Of a stretch of 64,000 bases of DNA, positions 1-11,190 are shown piece by piece. The first letter of the stretch is position 1; the number at the start of each line of letters is the position of its first letter. The translations under genes were made by a program, and so were the position numbers. Source of the stretch: an uncultured delta proteobacterium (GTDB taxonomy: Bacteria; Desulfobacterota; Desulfomonilia; Desulfomonilales; Desulfomonilaceae); contig CAWBKB010000005.1 of assembly GCA_963789265.1 (NCBI GenBank), positions 640,001 through 704,000 on the forward strand, written 5' to 3'. The notes beneath the pieces are model-generated. The model ran no database searches, was not told the DNA's origin, and saw only the letters and a list, made by a program, of their open reading frames with translations.

Positions 1-34
1 GCCGGACCGAGCCCAAGCGCAACTGGCGAGAAAG

Positions 35-1228
35 TTGCACCGACAAATTCAATACTTTGGAACACGGAGTGATGCACTTCCGGAGTGGCGCGAGGCGGCT
101 AAAATACAAAATCCCGATGAATTATGGCGCGTGTGGGCGGATCTTCCTATCCTGTCGAAACAGGATTTGCAGAAGCGTTTTCTTCCCCACGAAATAAGCC
201 GCCAATTTGGTGTCAAAGGAATTATGGCTTCAACAGGCGGCTCCACAGGTGAACCCACAAAGTTTCTTCATGATACCGACATGCAGCAGGCCACCAAGGC
301 GACTAGTGTCTACTGTCGATTGAAGATAGCTTGGAGACCGGGCCTGCCGACGATCGTTGTCTGGGGGTCGGAACGGGACATAGGAAAGCAACAAGCATTT
401 AGCCGGAGAGTTCTCCTCCGCCTTGCAAATCTGCATCTCATCGACGCGTATGAACTGACCTCGGATACGGTGGACAAGGTCTTGGAACTGCTGGAATTAC
501 ATCCATCGGTGGCCATGTACGGATTCAGCAGTATGCTGGAATACATAGCGCGAGAGATCTTAGCAAGGAGAGCTCAGCCACCCCTCGGACGCGTGGTCGC
601 CGCTTGGAACGGCGGTGAAATGCTTTATGAAAGCCAGCGTCAGTGTTTTCACGACGCCTTCGGAGTTTCTATCCTCAATTATTATGGAGCACGAGAGCTT
701 TCTTCTATGGCCTATCAGCCCGGAGTCGGCAGACCATTGCTGGTACTTCGCCCTTTGCTTTTTCTGGAAATTGTTGACGAGCAAGGCAAACCCGTCGCTC
801 CTGGTGAGATTGGCCGACTGATTTGGACGAGCACCGTGTGTAGAGGCACCCCGTTCCTTCGGTTCGATGTAGGGGACGTGGGCAGCTATGATTTCACGGA
901 TTGCGACGAATCCGGCATCCGGGCCATAAAGCAGTTGGAAGGCCGTTTCGCCGGGTTGCTTAGACTGCCCAATGGAAAAACAATCAATTGCATATATTGG
1001 AACCATATCCTCAAGGAATATTCGGAAATCAAGCAATTCCAGATTGTTTTGCAAAGCGATCAGAATATACTGATTCGCCTCAAAGGGCCACCTTTTTCGC
1101 CGGAAAGGGAACAGGATCTCCGACAGAGGTTGCGAATTGTTCTTGGCGATATTCCCGTTTCGATGTCTTGGGTGAAAGAGATACCGCGAACTCCTCAGGG
1201 AAAGCTGGTACAAGTCGTAACAGAATGA
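35..1228 (+). CDS. Phenylacetate-CoA ligase/CapK-like adenylate-forming protein; may begin upstream of the window
   Basis: STGGSTGEP loop, YGARE, PFLRFDVGD and C-terminal IPRTPQGK motifs. Confidence 0.85.
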   Translation: MHRQIQYFGTRSDALPEWREAAKIQNPDELWRVWADLPILSKQDLQKRFLPHEISRQFGVKGIMASTGGSTGEPTKFLHDTDMQQATKATSVYCRLKIAWRPGLPTIVVWGSERDIGKQQAFSRRVLLRLANLHLIDAYELTSDTVDKVLELLELHPSVAMYGFSSMLEYIAREILARRAQPPLGRVVAAWNGGEMLYESQRQCFHDAFGVSILNYYGARELSSMAYQPGVGRPLLVLRPLLFLEIVDEQGKPVAPGEIGRLIWTSTVCRGTPFLRFDVGDVGSYDFTDCDESGIRAIKQLEGRFAGLLRLPNGKTINCIYWNHILKEYSEIKQFQIVLQSDQNILIRLKGPPFSPEREQDLRQRLRIVLGDIPVSMSWVKEIPRTPQGKLVQVVTE

Positions 1229-1257
1229 TATCTTGACCTTTTCTTAAAGGCATTAGC

Positions 1258-1285
1258 CACCGCGGAGAACGCAGAGATCGCAGAG
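1258..1285 (+). repeat. Short intergenic repeat CACCGCGGAG-(NNCGCWGAG)2; second copy at 46029-46056
   Basis: caccgcggagaacgcagagatcgcagag vs caccgcggaggtcgctgagttcgcagag. Confidence 0.6.
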
Positions 1286-1386
1286 AATTCTGTTTTGCGT
1301 GGCGTCTACTCGATGGATCACGACAAATTCCGGTCTATGACAGTGAAGCCAATTCCGTCCGTGAAGTGTAGGGAGAACCCCGATAA

Positions 1387-2572
1387 TTGACGAATGTCGA
1401 TGGAACATTACAACCGGTGATTCGCGTCTTGCACGTTCTCAATTGGTTCCGACAGGGAGGACTGGAAACACAAGTTTTGCACATTTTGCGTACGTACGAT
1501 CGTCGCGCGTTTTCATATGGATGCATGTGTTATCGGGGCCGAGCCCGGAGACCTTGCTGAAGAGGCAAGAGGTTACGAAGCCGAAATCCTCGTTTGTCCC
1601 AAGTCACCGAATCTCTACGCATTCTCCCGCAATTTTTTCCGGATGCTCACGGACAAAGGTTATAATGTCGTGCACTCTCACGGCGAGACTTGGAGCGGTG
1701 CAACCCTGAGGGGAGCGGTGCTGGCAGGGATACCCATAAGAATTGCTCACATCAGAGACATCGGGCATGTAGGATCTGAAGATGATAAAACTGCCCTGCT
1801 AAGAGCCGGTCGAGCTGTTGTCACTGCCTGGGGGCGTCACTGGGTCCAATGTCATGCGACTCATGTTATGGGAGTGTCCGAAGCAGCCTTGGACCAACTA
1901 TGGCCCGAGTGGCGAAGCCAGCCGGATCGCTTTCTTGTATGGACGGCAGGAGTGGACACCGGAAGATTCTCAGAGGTCTGCAACGTTGAAAGACGTGAAA
2001 CGGCTTCTGCGCCCGTTATCATTTGCGTGGGAAACTTTTTCCTGCGATCCAAGCGACAGGATATGGCAGTGAGAATTTTCGCAACCGTACGCGCTGTGGT
2101 CCCTCAGGCCCGTCTAGTCTTCGTGGGAACGGGAACTCATGAATCTGCGTGCCGTTACTTGGCATCCGAGTTGGGAGTGTCCGACGCGGTTGATTTTCTT
2201 GGACCGAGAAGCAGGGCAGATATACCTGAACTGCTGAGATCTGCCGGAATCTTCTTGTGTTGCTCGGAATCCGAGGGGCTTCCTAACGTGTTGCTTGAGG
2301 CTCAAGCTGCGGGGTTACCGGTAGTGGCAACTGACATAGCTGCACATCGGGAGGCGTTGTCACCCGTCCTGTTCCCTTATCTTTTCGGCCGCGAGAATCA
2401 GCATGAGGCGGCAAGTAAAATCACTGCAATTCTGACTAATCCGGACTTGGCAAATAAACTCGGCAAAGCGGGAAGGGCTTATGTATCCCATCATTACAGC
2501 GCTTCATCGCGCATTAGGCTTTTGGAAGATCTCTACGTTTCCTGGGTAAATTCCGAGAAGGAATCGTTGTGA
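1387..2572 (+). CDS. Glycosyltransferase family 4, frameshifted near 1505
   Basis: N-terminus IRVLHVLNWFRQGGLE lies in another frame upstream of ORF 1517-2572; EGLPNVLLEAQAAGLPVV motif. Confidence 0.85.
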
Positions 2573-3849
2573 ATTCAAATGACGTTTTCTTTTTGATGTT
2601 GCTGGTAACCGGAGTTCCTCTGCTGGTGACTCATTACCTTCGATCATCCTCATTCTCTAACGAGTTTCGTGGCTGGGTCATATTGGGTGGAATGTTATGG
2701 ATGGGCTATGCTGTTTTCAGCGATACCTTCTCCGGAGAAATGCTGGGAGTTTGGAAAGCGGACGGTTGGGCCCATGCATACGTCGGTCAAATCCTAGCCG
2801 GTTACATGCGCACCGGCAAATGGAACCTGGTGTGGGAGCACATGGTTATCGGCAACAGCATGTACCAGTGTTATGTGGGCTTCCTAATGTATCTCACAGG
2901 CGCAAGCGACACTTTCGTTACAGCACTTAACGGATGGTTTGGATTTTGGGGGGGACTGGTTCTCCTTCGCCATTTCAATCAAATCTTCCCCAATGCCAGG
3001 AAAGACTCCCCCTGGTTGCTTCTCATCATTTTTTGCCCGTCGGTTATTTATTGGACGACCATGGACGTCAAAGAGGCGCTGATGTACTGGTCTATTTGCC
3101 AAGTCTTCGCGAACAGCTCTCCACGCCGGGGCAGTTCGTTCTTAATGGGCATTCCAATGGTAGCCGTCGGTATTGCCGTAGGCTCTGTTTTGCGACCTCA
3201 TATAATGATTCCGTGGATGGTAGCGGTTACGGCGATAGGCCTGTTTCAGAGCGGTCAACGTTTGTATGCCGTGTTGACACTGGCGCTGCTTCCGTTAATT
3301 CTGCATTCATTTCAAACAAGGTGGGGTGTTCATGTTTCCGTTGACGCGCAGCTTTCCTTCGCTCAACAACAGGCACGGGTCTTGGAAGGAACCGGCGGAG
3401 GATCGAATTTTGACTATGGCGCTGGTGGACCGACTTTTTTTCTATCAGGTTTTATAGCGCTGTTTTTCAGACCTTTCCCATGGCAACTCGGGAGCTTGCG
3501 AATGATTTTGGCTCTGGCAGACACCTGGACCACTACAATCTTACTGGCGGGGTCGACCTTCTGGATTATAAAAACCGAAGGTCGGTCCTGCTTAAAAATC
3601 TCCGAAGTGCAGGTGGCAATTCTGGCTGCGATCCTGTTCTGCGTCTTCTTCAGCTATCTCCCGAATGAAGGATTGATTTTTAGGCAGCGCGTTCAAGCGG
3701 TTCCCGCGCTGCTCGCTCTGGTGGTTTTGCCGCGCTGGCACCGGAAAGATGTGCAACTCAAGATGCAACTCCAACTAAGGGCTTTGCTTGCCCGGCGTTT
3801 CGCTTATCTGAAATGGCTGCATTATTCGCGGTCCAACTTGAGTGCATAG
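2569..3849 (+). CDS. Polytopic membrane protein, putative Wzy-type polysaccharide polymerase
   Basis: About 10 hydrophobic segments, FRPFPW and NEGLIFRQR motifs, located among GT genes. Confidence 0.6.
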   Translation: MNSNDVFFLMLLVTGVPLLVTHYLRSSSFSNEFRGWVILGGMLWMGYAVFSDTFSGEMLGVWKADGWAHAYVGQILAGYMRTGKWNLVWEHMVIGNSMYQCYVGFLMYLTGASDTFVTALNGWFGFWGGLVLLRHFNQIFPNARKDSPWLLLIIFCPSVIYWTTMDVKEALMYWSICQVFANSSPRRGSSFLMGIPMVAVGIAVGSVLRPHIMIPWMVAVTAIGLFQSGQRLYAVLTLALLPLILHSFQTRWGVHVSVDAQLSFAQQQARVLEGTGGGSNFDYGAGGPTFFLSGFIALFFRPFPWQLGSLRMILALADTWTTTILLAGSTFWIIKTEGRSCLKISEVQVAILAAILFCVFFSYLPNEGLIFRQRVQAVPALLALVVLPRWHRKDVQLKMQLQLRALLARRFAYLKWLHYSRSNLSA

Positions 3850-3853
3850 TATT

Positions 3854-5135
3854 ATGCCGCTTCGGATAATCTGTAACTCCGTAAAAGCCAAGGCTTCGAA
3901 TAACAGCCTTGCACATGGAAAAAAGCCAAGACTAGTGCTGGTGACAACGGTCCCTCTCACGCTGAAAAGTTTCTTTCCGGGGCAGATAACGTATTTGAAG
4001 AATAAAGGATTCGATATCTATGCAGTGTCATCGCACGGCCGCGATTCTCGAGGAATTTGCCCGAAAAGAGCAAGTGCCTGTGCGCGGCATAACCATGACC
4101 CGAGGCATTTCGCCTTTTGCTGACGTTATAGCTTCTGTTCGTCTCTGGATCTTGTTCATGAAAATAAGGCCTACTGTGGTTCATGCTTCTACTCCAAAAG
4201 CCGGAGTCTTGAGCATGGTCGCCGCCGGTTTTGCGTGGGTCCCGGTAAAATTTTATACTTTGCACGGCATAATGACCGAAATACGGAGCGGACCGACGCG
4301 AATAATACTGAAGATTTTGGAATGGATCGCGTGCGCACTGGCCGACCAGGTATTGGCAGTAAGCCGTTCGGTAATGGACGGTGTTGTTTCTCAGCGCCTT
4401 TGTCCACAAAGGAAGATAAAGGTTATTGAGTACGGGAGTTGCAACGGCATAGATGCGCTTAACCAATTTAATCCGGCAGCCCCGAATAAGACAAAGAGGC
4501 TAGAGCTACGGTCGCATTTTTCTTTTGATGAGAACGCGATTGTCATAGGTTTCGTGGGTCGATTGGTGAAGGACAAAGGTGTTGTCGAATTGGCATCTGC
4601 GTGGAAGCTTATCAAGAACAGGCACGATAACGTCCGCCTGCTGATGATAGGCCCCAAGGAATCTCAGGATGCCGTTCCAGCATACATTTTGGAAGAATTA
4701 GGTTGCGATGATCGAGTCTCGATGCCGGGTTTTGTGGCAAATGAAGAATTGCCCTCCGTTTATGGCATTATGGATATAGTGGTTCTTCCCACGTACCGCG
4801 AAGGTTTTCCGTACTCGATACTTGAAGCGTCTGCTATGGGGCTGCCCGTAGTAGCATCACGAGTCACTGGCTGTGTCGATGCGGTCATCGGCGGAGTTAC
4901 GGGAATGCTTGTCCCCCCGAGAGATGTCCAAAGCCTGGTGGAGGCAATCTGCACTTATGTCAAAGATCCTGAGCTTCGTGTGAAACACGGCCAAGCAGGT
5001 AGGGAACGCGTGCTCGCACACTTTAGACAGGAGCCGATCTGGAAAGCGTTGTCCGAAGAGTATTTTTTCCATATTTGCCGCAAAGGGCTTTCCTTTTCAT
5101 CGGCTATCCGGCCTGAACAAGGACCCGAGCCGTGA
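3854..5135 (+). CDS. Glycosyltransferase family 4, frameshifted near 4035-4050; start uncertain
   Basis: LVTTVPLTL N-terminus in ORF 3842 continues as ORF 4020; REGFPYSILEASAMGLPVV motif. Confidence 0.85.
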
Positions 5136-5746
5136 GCAAGGTGATTAAACGCGTCCTGGATGTGGTCCTGGCCGCGGCTGCACTGACGGTTCTCTCTCCG
5201 ATGCTGTTGCTGGTTGCGGCTGCTATTCGACTCTGCATGGGCCGGCCGGTTCTCTTCCGCCACCAACGTGCAGGCTTTCTCGGGCAACCCTTTGTCATGT
5301 TGAAATTCCGCACCATGAGCGATGAAAAGGGTGAAGACCGTCTTCCTCTGCCGGATGTGAAGCGCCTCACTCGATTGGGAAGAGTGCTTCGTACAACGAG
5401 TATTGATGAGCTGCCGCAACTATGGAACGTCTTAAAGGGTGAAATGAGCTTTGTGGGCCCCCAACCTTTACTCATGGAATACATCCCCAGCTATACTCCC
5501 GATCAACGTCGGCGTCACAATGTACTGCCTGGGATTATAGGATTACCTGCTGTTAAAGGCCGGGGAAAAAATCCCTGGGAAGAACGGCTGGCAATGGACA
5601 CTTATTACGTAGATAACTGGTCCTTGCTTCTCGATATCAAAATCGCCTTCATGGCCATTCCGGCCGTGTTCAATTTCGGGGCCGTGAATGAAAAGGGCCA
5701 GGCAACTTGCAGCAAATTCTGCAGTTCGGAGAAAGTTGAGCATTAG
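5132..5746 (+). CDS. Priming sugar transferase (PglC/EpsL-like phosphoglycosyl transferase)
   Basis: KRVLDV, KFRTM, RTTSIDELPQLWNVLKGEMSFVGP motifs. Confidence 0.92.
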   Translation: MSKVIKRVLDVVLAAAALTVLSPMLLLVAAAIRLCMGRPVLFRHQRAGFLGQPFVMLKFRTMSDEKGEDRLPLPDVKRLTRLGRVLRTTSIDELPQLWNVLKGEMSFVGPQPLLMEYIPSYTPDQRRRHNVLPGIIGLPAVKGRGKNPWEERLAMDTYYVDNWSLLLDIKIAFMAIPAVFNFGAVNEKGQATCSKFCSSEKVEH

Positions 5747-5753
5747 CAGCCAG

Positions 5754-6722
5754 ATGCATTCCGAAGGGAACATTTTTGAAGATGGCCGTTTTGTTTACAA
5801 GCTTGTCGATCCCGTGAGTAACAAAGAACTGGTCCTGGCCTTGCTTTCGCAAGTGTTCGAGACGGATTTCGACCGAACTGAGTTCGAATGGTACAAATTG
5901 AAACATCCGTACTCAACGAGCAGAATTTACCTGGCCGTTGAAAAAATCAGCAAGCGCCAGGCCGGAGTGATATGTTGCCAAACGTTCCCATATCGCATCG
6001 GATCCGAAATAAAGAAAACCAATTTGTTAGTGAGTGGTGGTACTCACCCGGAATTCCGAAGAATGGGTGTATTCGGAAGGCTTTCCAACGTCATCGTTGA
6101 TCACGGATCACGGATCGGCGTTCAGCACACCGTGACATTCCCTAATCCGTACCTCAGACGATCTTTCACAGCATTCCTGAAGGCCGGTTGGCACGCGCCT
6201 ATAGAGTACAGGTTCTTCGAGAAAAGGCGTTTCCGAAGACGCTCGGTCGCAGATATCAGAATCAAGCGGTTTGATCAACGATTTGATGCTTTGATGCAGG
6301 AAACTGCCAAGTCGTTCGATTTCTTTCAGGTCAAGGATCACCATCTCTTGAATTGGCGCTACCTTGAGAGACCAAATTCCGGATACGACTGCTTTGCAGT
6401 GTATTATGGAGACATAAAAGGACTGATAGTTCTGAAAAAATTCTCCATTCAAGACGTGGTCAAAGTTCATATAGTCGATTTCGCGGCTTTGACCAATGAT
6501 ATTGCCGATCAGCTTATTTCCATAGCGGAAAATTATGCTCAGGACAGTTCGCTACTTAATGTGGTACTTACACCAGGCAACGCTTTTGAGCCACTTTTTC
6601 TGGAACGAGGATTTTCACCGACTGCCGACCCTTTCCCTGTGGTCATGAAAACTGCCGGCGACGTCTGTATCCCAAGGTTCTCGGCCCCTTGGGTGGCGCT
6701 AGGAGATTCTGACGTTTATTAA
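5754..6722 (+). CDS. GNAT-family N-acyltransferase
   Basis: THPEFRRMGVF acetyl-CoA motif, FPN, C-terminal GDSDVY. Confidence 0.8.
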   Translation: MHSEGNIFEDGRFVYKLVDPVSNKELVLALLSQVFETDFDRTEFEWYKLKHPYSTSRIYLAVEKISKRQAGVICCQTFPYRIGSEIKKTNLLVSGGTHPEFRRMGVFGRLSNVIVDHGSRIGVQHTVTFPNPYLRRSFTAFLKAGWHAPIEYRFFEKRRFRRRSVADIRIKRFDQRFDALMQETAKSFDFFQVKDHHLLNWRYLERPNSGYDCFAVYYGDIKGLIVLKKFSIQDVVKVHIVDFAALTNDIADQLISIAENYAQDSSLLNVVLTPGNAFEPLFLERGFSPTADPFPVVMKTAGDVCIPRFSAPWVALGDSDVY

Positions 6723-6737
6723 AGGAGGCGATTTGGG

Positions 6738-7397
6738 ATGCGAGTACTGTTCGTTGCACCCCATCCGGACGATGAGGTTTTCGGCCCGGGAGGGACCGTT
6801 GCAAAATATGGTCAAAGCGGAGCCGAAGTGCATGTGCTGGTGGTGACCAGGGGAGATGACTTATTTGACCAGGATTTAATTACGAAAGGACGTGAGGAGG
6901 CTCTCAGGGCCCATGAATTACTCGGTGTCACCAAGACGCACTTCGCGGACTTGCCCGCGATCAAACTGGATACACTGCCCCAGCATAAGATCAATGACAT
7001 GCTTCTTGACTACTTCCAAGAAATTCAACCGGACCTCTTGTTCTTGCCCTTTCCCGGGGACATTAACCGTGATCACCAAATAGTGCATGCCTGTGCTATG
7101 GTAGCGGCTCGCCCGGTTGGTGTAAGAATTCGCGGTATATATTGTTATGAGGCAGTATCGTCAACTAACTGGAATTCTCCTGGTATTTACCCGGCCTTTA
7201 CCCCAAATTGCTTTACTGATATCTCGGAAACTATTGATCTTAAAATCGAGGCTGCCAAAACTTATGCATCCCAATTAAAGCAATCCCCTCACGAGCGTTC
7301 TGTGGAGTCCATACTGGCGTTGAGTCAGTACCGGGGAGGATTCGTAAACCTTCCCCATGCTGAGGCCTTCATGTGCATTAGGCAGTTTCTTCTTTGA
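6738..7397 (+). CDS. PIG-L/LmbE family deacetylase
   Basis: APHPDDE and DH motifs; RBS AGGAGG. Confidence 0.92.
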   Translation: MRVLFVAPHPDDEVFGPGGTVAKYGQSGAEVHVLVVTRGDDLFDQDLITKGREEALRAHELLGVTKTHFADLPAIKLDTLPQHKINDMLLDYFQEIQPDLLFLPFPGDINRDHQIVHACAMVAARPVGVRIRGIYCYEAVSSTNWNSPGIYPAFTPNCFTDISETIDLKIEAAKTYASQLKQSPHERSVESILALSQYRGGFVNLPHAEAFMCIRQFLL

Positions 7398-7548
7398 GAC
7401 CTAGTGAGAGGCATGGCATCGGGATGGAGTCGCAACATACGGCCATGAGCGTCAGACTGATGAATTTGCGTAGGGCATAAAAAAGGGCAACAGGACCGAA
7501 CACTTTGGAGTAAGCCCTTCTACAAGACGATTAGAAAACGCGAGGACC

Positions 7549-9309
7549 ATGCTGAAAGATCGTAAACTACTGACTTTGCTCAAAACCTTTGCACGTGCGT
7601 ACCCCAGGGAATCCGCCCTGGTGACGGTGACCTTATTCCTTGCAGGTTTGGCCGAAGGGCTCGGTATAGCCACGCTGCTACCGCTGTTGGGGCTGGTGGC
7701 CGGCGGTGGAACCGGCAATAATACTGAGTTGGGGCGGATAATAGTCCACATGTTGGGCACGGTAGGGGTTCAGCCTACCATCGGCGTGCTCATTCTATTG
7801 ATACTGGCCCTGATGACGGCAAGGACGTGCCTGGTATTGTGGGCAGCTCACTTGTGGGGCATGTACGCTGCCCGCGTAGAAATGGATTTTCGGATGGACT
7901 TGATCCGGGCGCTCATGGGAGCGCGGTGGGAATATTTCATCTCACAGCGACAGGGTAGTCTTGCAAATTCAATAACCACGGAAGCTAGAAATGCTTCCGA
8001 GACCTATCTTTTGGCATGTCGAATCATGGCCGCGGGCTTGCAGGCAGCCATGTATATAGCTATTGCTCTCTTGGTTTCCTGGAAGGTTACCGTGGTTGCC
8101 CTAGTTGGAGGGGCTTTGACGCTGAGTCTTTTGAACGGCTTTGTCGTTATGGCGCGCCGTGCTGGCGAGCATCAGACTGATCTACTCAGAGAAGTATCAG
8201 CTAGATTGCTCGATGGCGTGCAGGGGATCAAGCCGCTTAAGGCTATGGCTTGCGAGGAGCGGCTGGTTCCGCTTTTAGAAAAAGACATGCTGGGTCTTTA
8301 CGAGGCCAGGCGAAAGGAGGTGCTCAGCGGCGAAGGCTTGAATACGGTGAGCGAGTTCGCATTGATCTGTCTCGTGTCCGTGGGAATTCTTGCGGCTTAT
8401 TCCTTTTGGGGCGCGCCGCTGGAAACTGTAATGTTGTTTGCGGTTCTTGCATGGCGCACGTTCGGGAAGATGCGACTTGTACAACAGAATTATCAGTGGC
8501 TTACCCGCATGCAGAGCGCCTTTTGGTCCTTGAGGAAAGCCACGGATCGAGCCCAAGCAGCCGCTGAACGTGCCTTGAACGCGAAGAGGCCTACACTGAA
8601 TTTTGGCATAACATTTCGAAATGTCAGCTTTTCATACGGGGACAAACCCGTGCTGAGAAATGTCTTTCTGACCATTCCGGTAGGCAGCTTTATCGCGCTC
8701 ACCGGTCCCTCCGGCGCTGGTAAGACCACGATCGCGGATCTTATAATCGGTTTGTTTCACCCTCAAGGGGGCCAAGTCGACATAGATGATGTCCCGGTAT
8801 CTGACTTGTCCCTGAAGATGTGGCGAAGCATGATTAGTTATGCACCTCAAGAGACTATCATGTTTCACGATAGCATACTTACAAATGTCACTCTTGGAGA
8901 TCCCGCGCTCAGTCGTGCCGATGCGGAACAAGCTCTGGCCGCAGCAGGAAGTTGGGATTTTGTATGTTCTCTGCCGGGGGGCATGGATTGGGTAGTCGGG
9001 GAAAAAGGGGCAAGGCTCTCAGGCGGCCAACGCCAGCGTATCGCCATTGCACGGGCTCTCGTGCGCGGTCCGAAGCTCCTAATTCTCGACGAAGCCACTA
9101 CCGCTCTTGATCCTAAGACTGAAGCGGCGGTCTGTTCAACTCTGCAACAACTTCGCGGCAGCGTCACTATTATCGCCATCTCCCATCAACCGGCATTGCT
9201 TAGCGCGGCCGACGAAGTCTACCGCGTAGACAATCTGACCCTGATCAAAGACCCCTTTCCGGCTTTACGAGCGATTGACGGGATGCTGGCTCATTCACGG
9301 ACGGAATAG
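7549..9309 (+). CDS. ABC exporter (TMD+NBD; MsbA/PglK-like glycan flippase)
   Basis: GPSGAGKT, LSGGQRQR, LILDEAT; N-terminal TM helices. Confidence 0.9.
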   Translation: MLKDRKLLTLLKTFARAYPRESALVTVTLFLAGLAEGLGIATLLPLLGLVAGGGTGNNTELGRIIVHMLGTVGVQPTIGVLILLILALMTARTCLVLWAAHLWGMYAARVEMDFRMDLIRALMGARWEYFISQRQGSLANSITTEARNASETYLLACRIMAAGLQAAMYIAIALLVSWKVTVVALVGGALTLSLLNGFVVMARRAGEHQTDLLREVSARLLDGVQGIKPLKAMACEERLVPLLEKDMLGLYEARRKEVLSGEGLNTVSEFALICLVSVGILAAYSFWGAPLETVMLFAVLAWRTFGKMRLVQQNYQWLTRMQSAFWSLRKATDRAQAAAERALNAKRPTLNFGITFRNVSFSYGDKPVLRNVFLTIPVGSFIALTGPSGAGKTTIADLIIGLFHPQGGQVDIDDVPVSDLSLKMWRSMISYAPQETIMFHDSILTNVTLGDPALSRADAEQALAAAGSWDFVCSLPGGMDWVVGEKGARLSGGQRQRIAIARALVRGPKLLILDEATTALDPKTEAAVCSTLQQLRGSVTIIAISHQPALLSAADEVYRVDNLTLIKDPFPALRAIDGMLAHSRTE

Positions 9310-9339
9310 CATAGCGTGTGTGATCACAAAAAGAAGCGC

Positions 9340-10070
9340 AAGATGGCCTTCAAATTGCGCGAACACATGATGCAGCCACTTATCTGTCTGAAGATCGCCA
9401 GGAACAACAAAGGAGATATTTAAAGGCCTGGCGAAATTCGTGGAGCTCGGGAGCAAATGGAAAGAAGAAGTATGATATACGCTATAGGGTGAGCCACAGG
9501 GGATTTCCTCCATTTTCTGAAAAAACCGATTCCTGGAGCCGCGGTTTTTGAGCTTTGATGTCTTACCGGCTCTTATAACCAAAGCCAAGGAGCAGGTTCC
9601 GGGCATGCAGTTTGTGCTAGGTTAGTTGTCGGATCGTTTCATTCTTCTGCCTTCATCTGCAGATGTGTTTGTTAGGGCGTGGGTGCATGCCAACTTTGAT
9701 GAATTCAAAACCTGGATTTCCATTTTGTTGCACAGAATCCGACCTGGTGGGCAACCAGTGGAATTCGGGCTGTTCAACCAACTTCTGTGGATGTGTAGGT
9801 GAAGCATCGGCCGGCCGACGATCCTGATCTCGATCACGGTGAACCCGGTCGGAGTATCTTTCCTGAGCCTCAATCAGTAGCATCCTTGACAGGAAGCTAG
9901 GCAGTGGGAAGCACACGTCCTCTCTCTTTGAATTACCGATCAACATCGAGCCGCATTCGACGGATGTGATCAGAACGTGGACATTTGCCGATGTCCCGGG
10001 CCGCCGATTGGTCACCAGATGGTCTCTTACTTTTCTCTAGCCAGCAGATACTCCAGATCAACCCTTTTCA
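9340..10070 (+). pseudogene. Decayed putative class I SAM methyltransferase; boundaries approximate
   Basis: Protein-like fragments across frames (DVLPALITKAKEQVPGMQFVLG; ILLHRIRPGG; DVIRTWTFADVPGRRLVT) interrupted by stops. Confidence 0.4.
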
Positions 10071-10247
10071 TTGCATCGTGGACCGGCACGACGCGGCTGC
10101 CTGGATTCGCAGGAGACTCTCTATCGTCCTTAGTCGGTGTACGGACTTCCCCACGAGTTTTTGCGTTCCTGACGGCTTGCCGGATGACAAAACAAAATTG
10201 CCAACGCGGAATGCGGTGCAATATTATCATCTCAATGGAGCTTTTGC

Positions 10248-11132
10248 ATGAGATTTCGCCCAATTCCCAGAGGCCGGACGATAGCGCGCTTGCTTTGCCA
10301 TGCGAGGCTTGATCGTATTCTCTTGGGCATGCAAAAAATGGCCTTAGGCAACAGGTTCATTCGCGCTATATATTATCATGATACGCCCTCGAGCAGCGCC
10401 AACAACCTCGATCTTCATTTCCAGTTTTACTGTGAACACTTTTCTCCTGTGTCTCGCTCCGATCTCATGGATTTCCTGGGAAATAAGACTTGGGAAAAAG
10501 ACCGCCCAGGCCTTATCGTAGCCTTTGACGATGGATTGCGCTCCAACTACGACACAGCCTTGCCTATTCTAAAAAAATATGGATTCGTCGGTTGGTTTTT
10601 TGTGCCAACCGATTTTATCAGCGAAGATGCTTCGAGTGCGGAGGATTGGGCCTTATCCCACTCCATCGCTTCCCACAAGCGATACGATGACGGGCGTGTC
10701 GCATTGTCGTGGGGTGAAGTTCGGGAATTGGATCGAAGTGGCCACATTGTAGGATGCCATACCAGGACACATCGTCGCTTGACTTCCGAGTTGGGTCCGG
10801 AAACTATTAATGACGAAGTCTTCAACGCAAAAAGGAAATTGGAAGCGGTGCTCGGTCATCCCGTTGAGACTTTCTGTTGGGTCGGAGGTGAACCAAATAC
10901 ATACAACCCCCGGGCCTTTGAACGGATTCGCGACAGTGGTTATCACTATTGTTTTACGACTCTTGTGGCCCCGATTGTGCCCCGCAGCGACCCTTTGTTC
11001 TTGCACCGTACCGGAATATCAGCCGAAGCCGCCACGGAGACGGTAAGATTCCAGCTCAGCGGCTTAATCGATCTGCTGTTTACTCCTCGGAGGATGCGTA
11101 TACAAAGAGAGTTGGGCCTAACGGGTTATTAA
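10248..11132 (+). CDS. Polysaccharide deacetylase (CE4/NodB-like)
   Basis: YYH, AFDDG, GCHTRTH motifs. Confidence 0.9.
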   Translation: MRFRPIPRGRTIARLLCHARLDRILLGMQKMALGNRFIRAIYYHDTPSSSANNLDLHFQFYCEHFSPVSRSDLMDFLGNKTWEKDRPGLIVAFDDGLRSNYDTALPILKKYGFVGWFFVPTDFISEDASSAEDWALSHSIASHKRYDDGRVALSWGEVRELDRSGHIVGCHTRTHRRLTSELGPETINDEVFNAKRKLEAVLGHPVETFCWVGGEPNTYNPRAFERIRDSGYHYCFTTLVAPIVPRSDPLFLHRTGISAEAATETVRFQLSGLIDLLFTPRRMRIQRELGLTGY

Positions 11133-11190
11133 TATGTGGTAAAATGTGCTGCCGTAGAACTACAGTCGAACCTGGGCACTTGGTAAATAA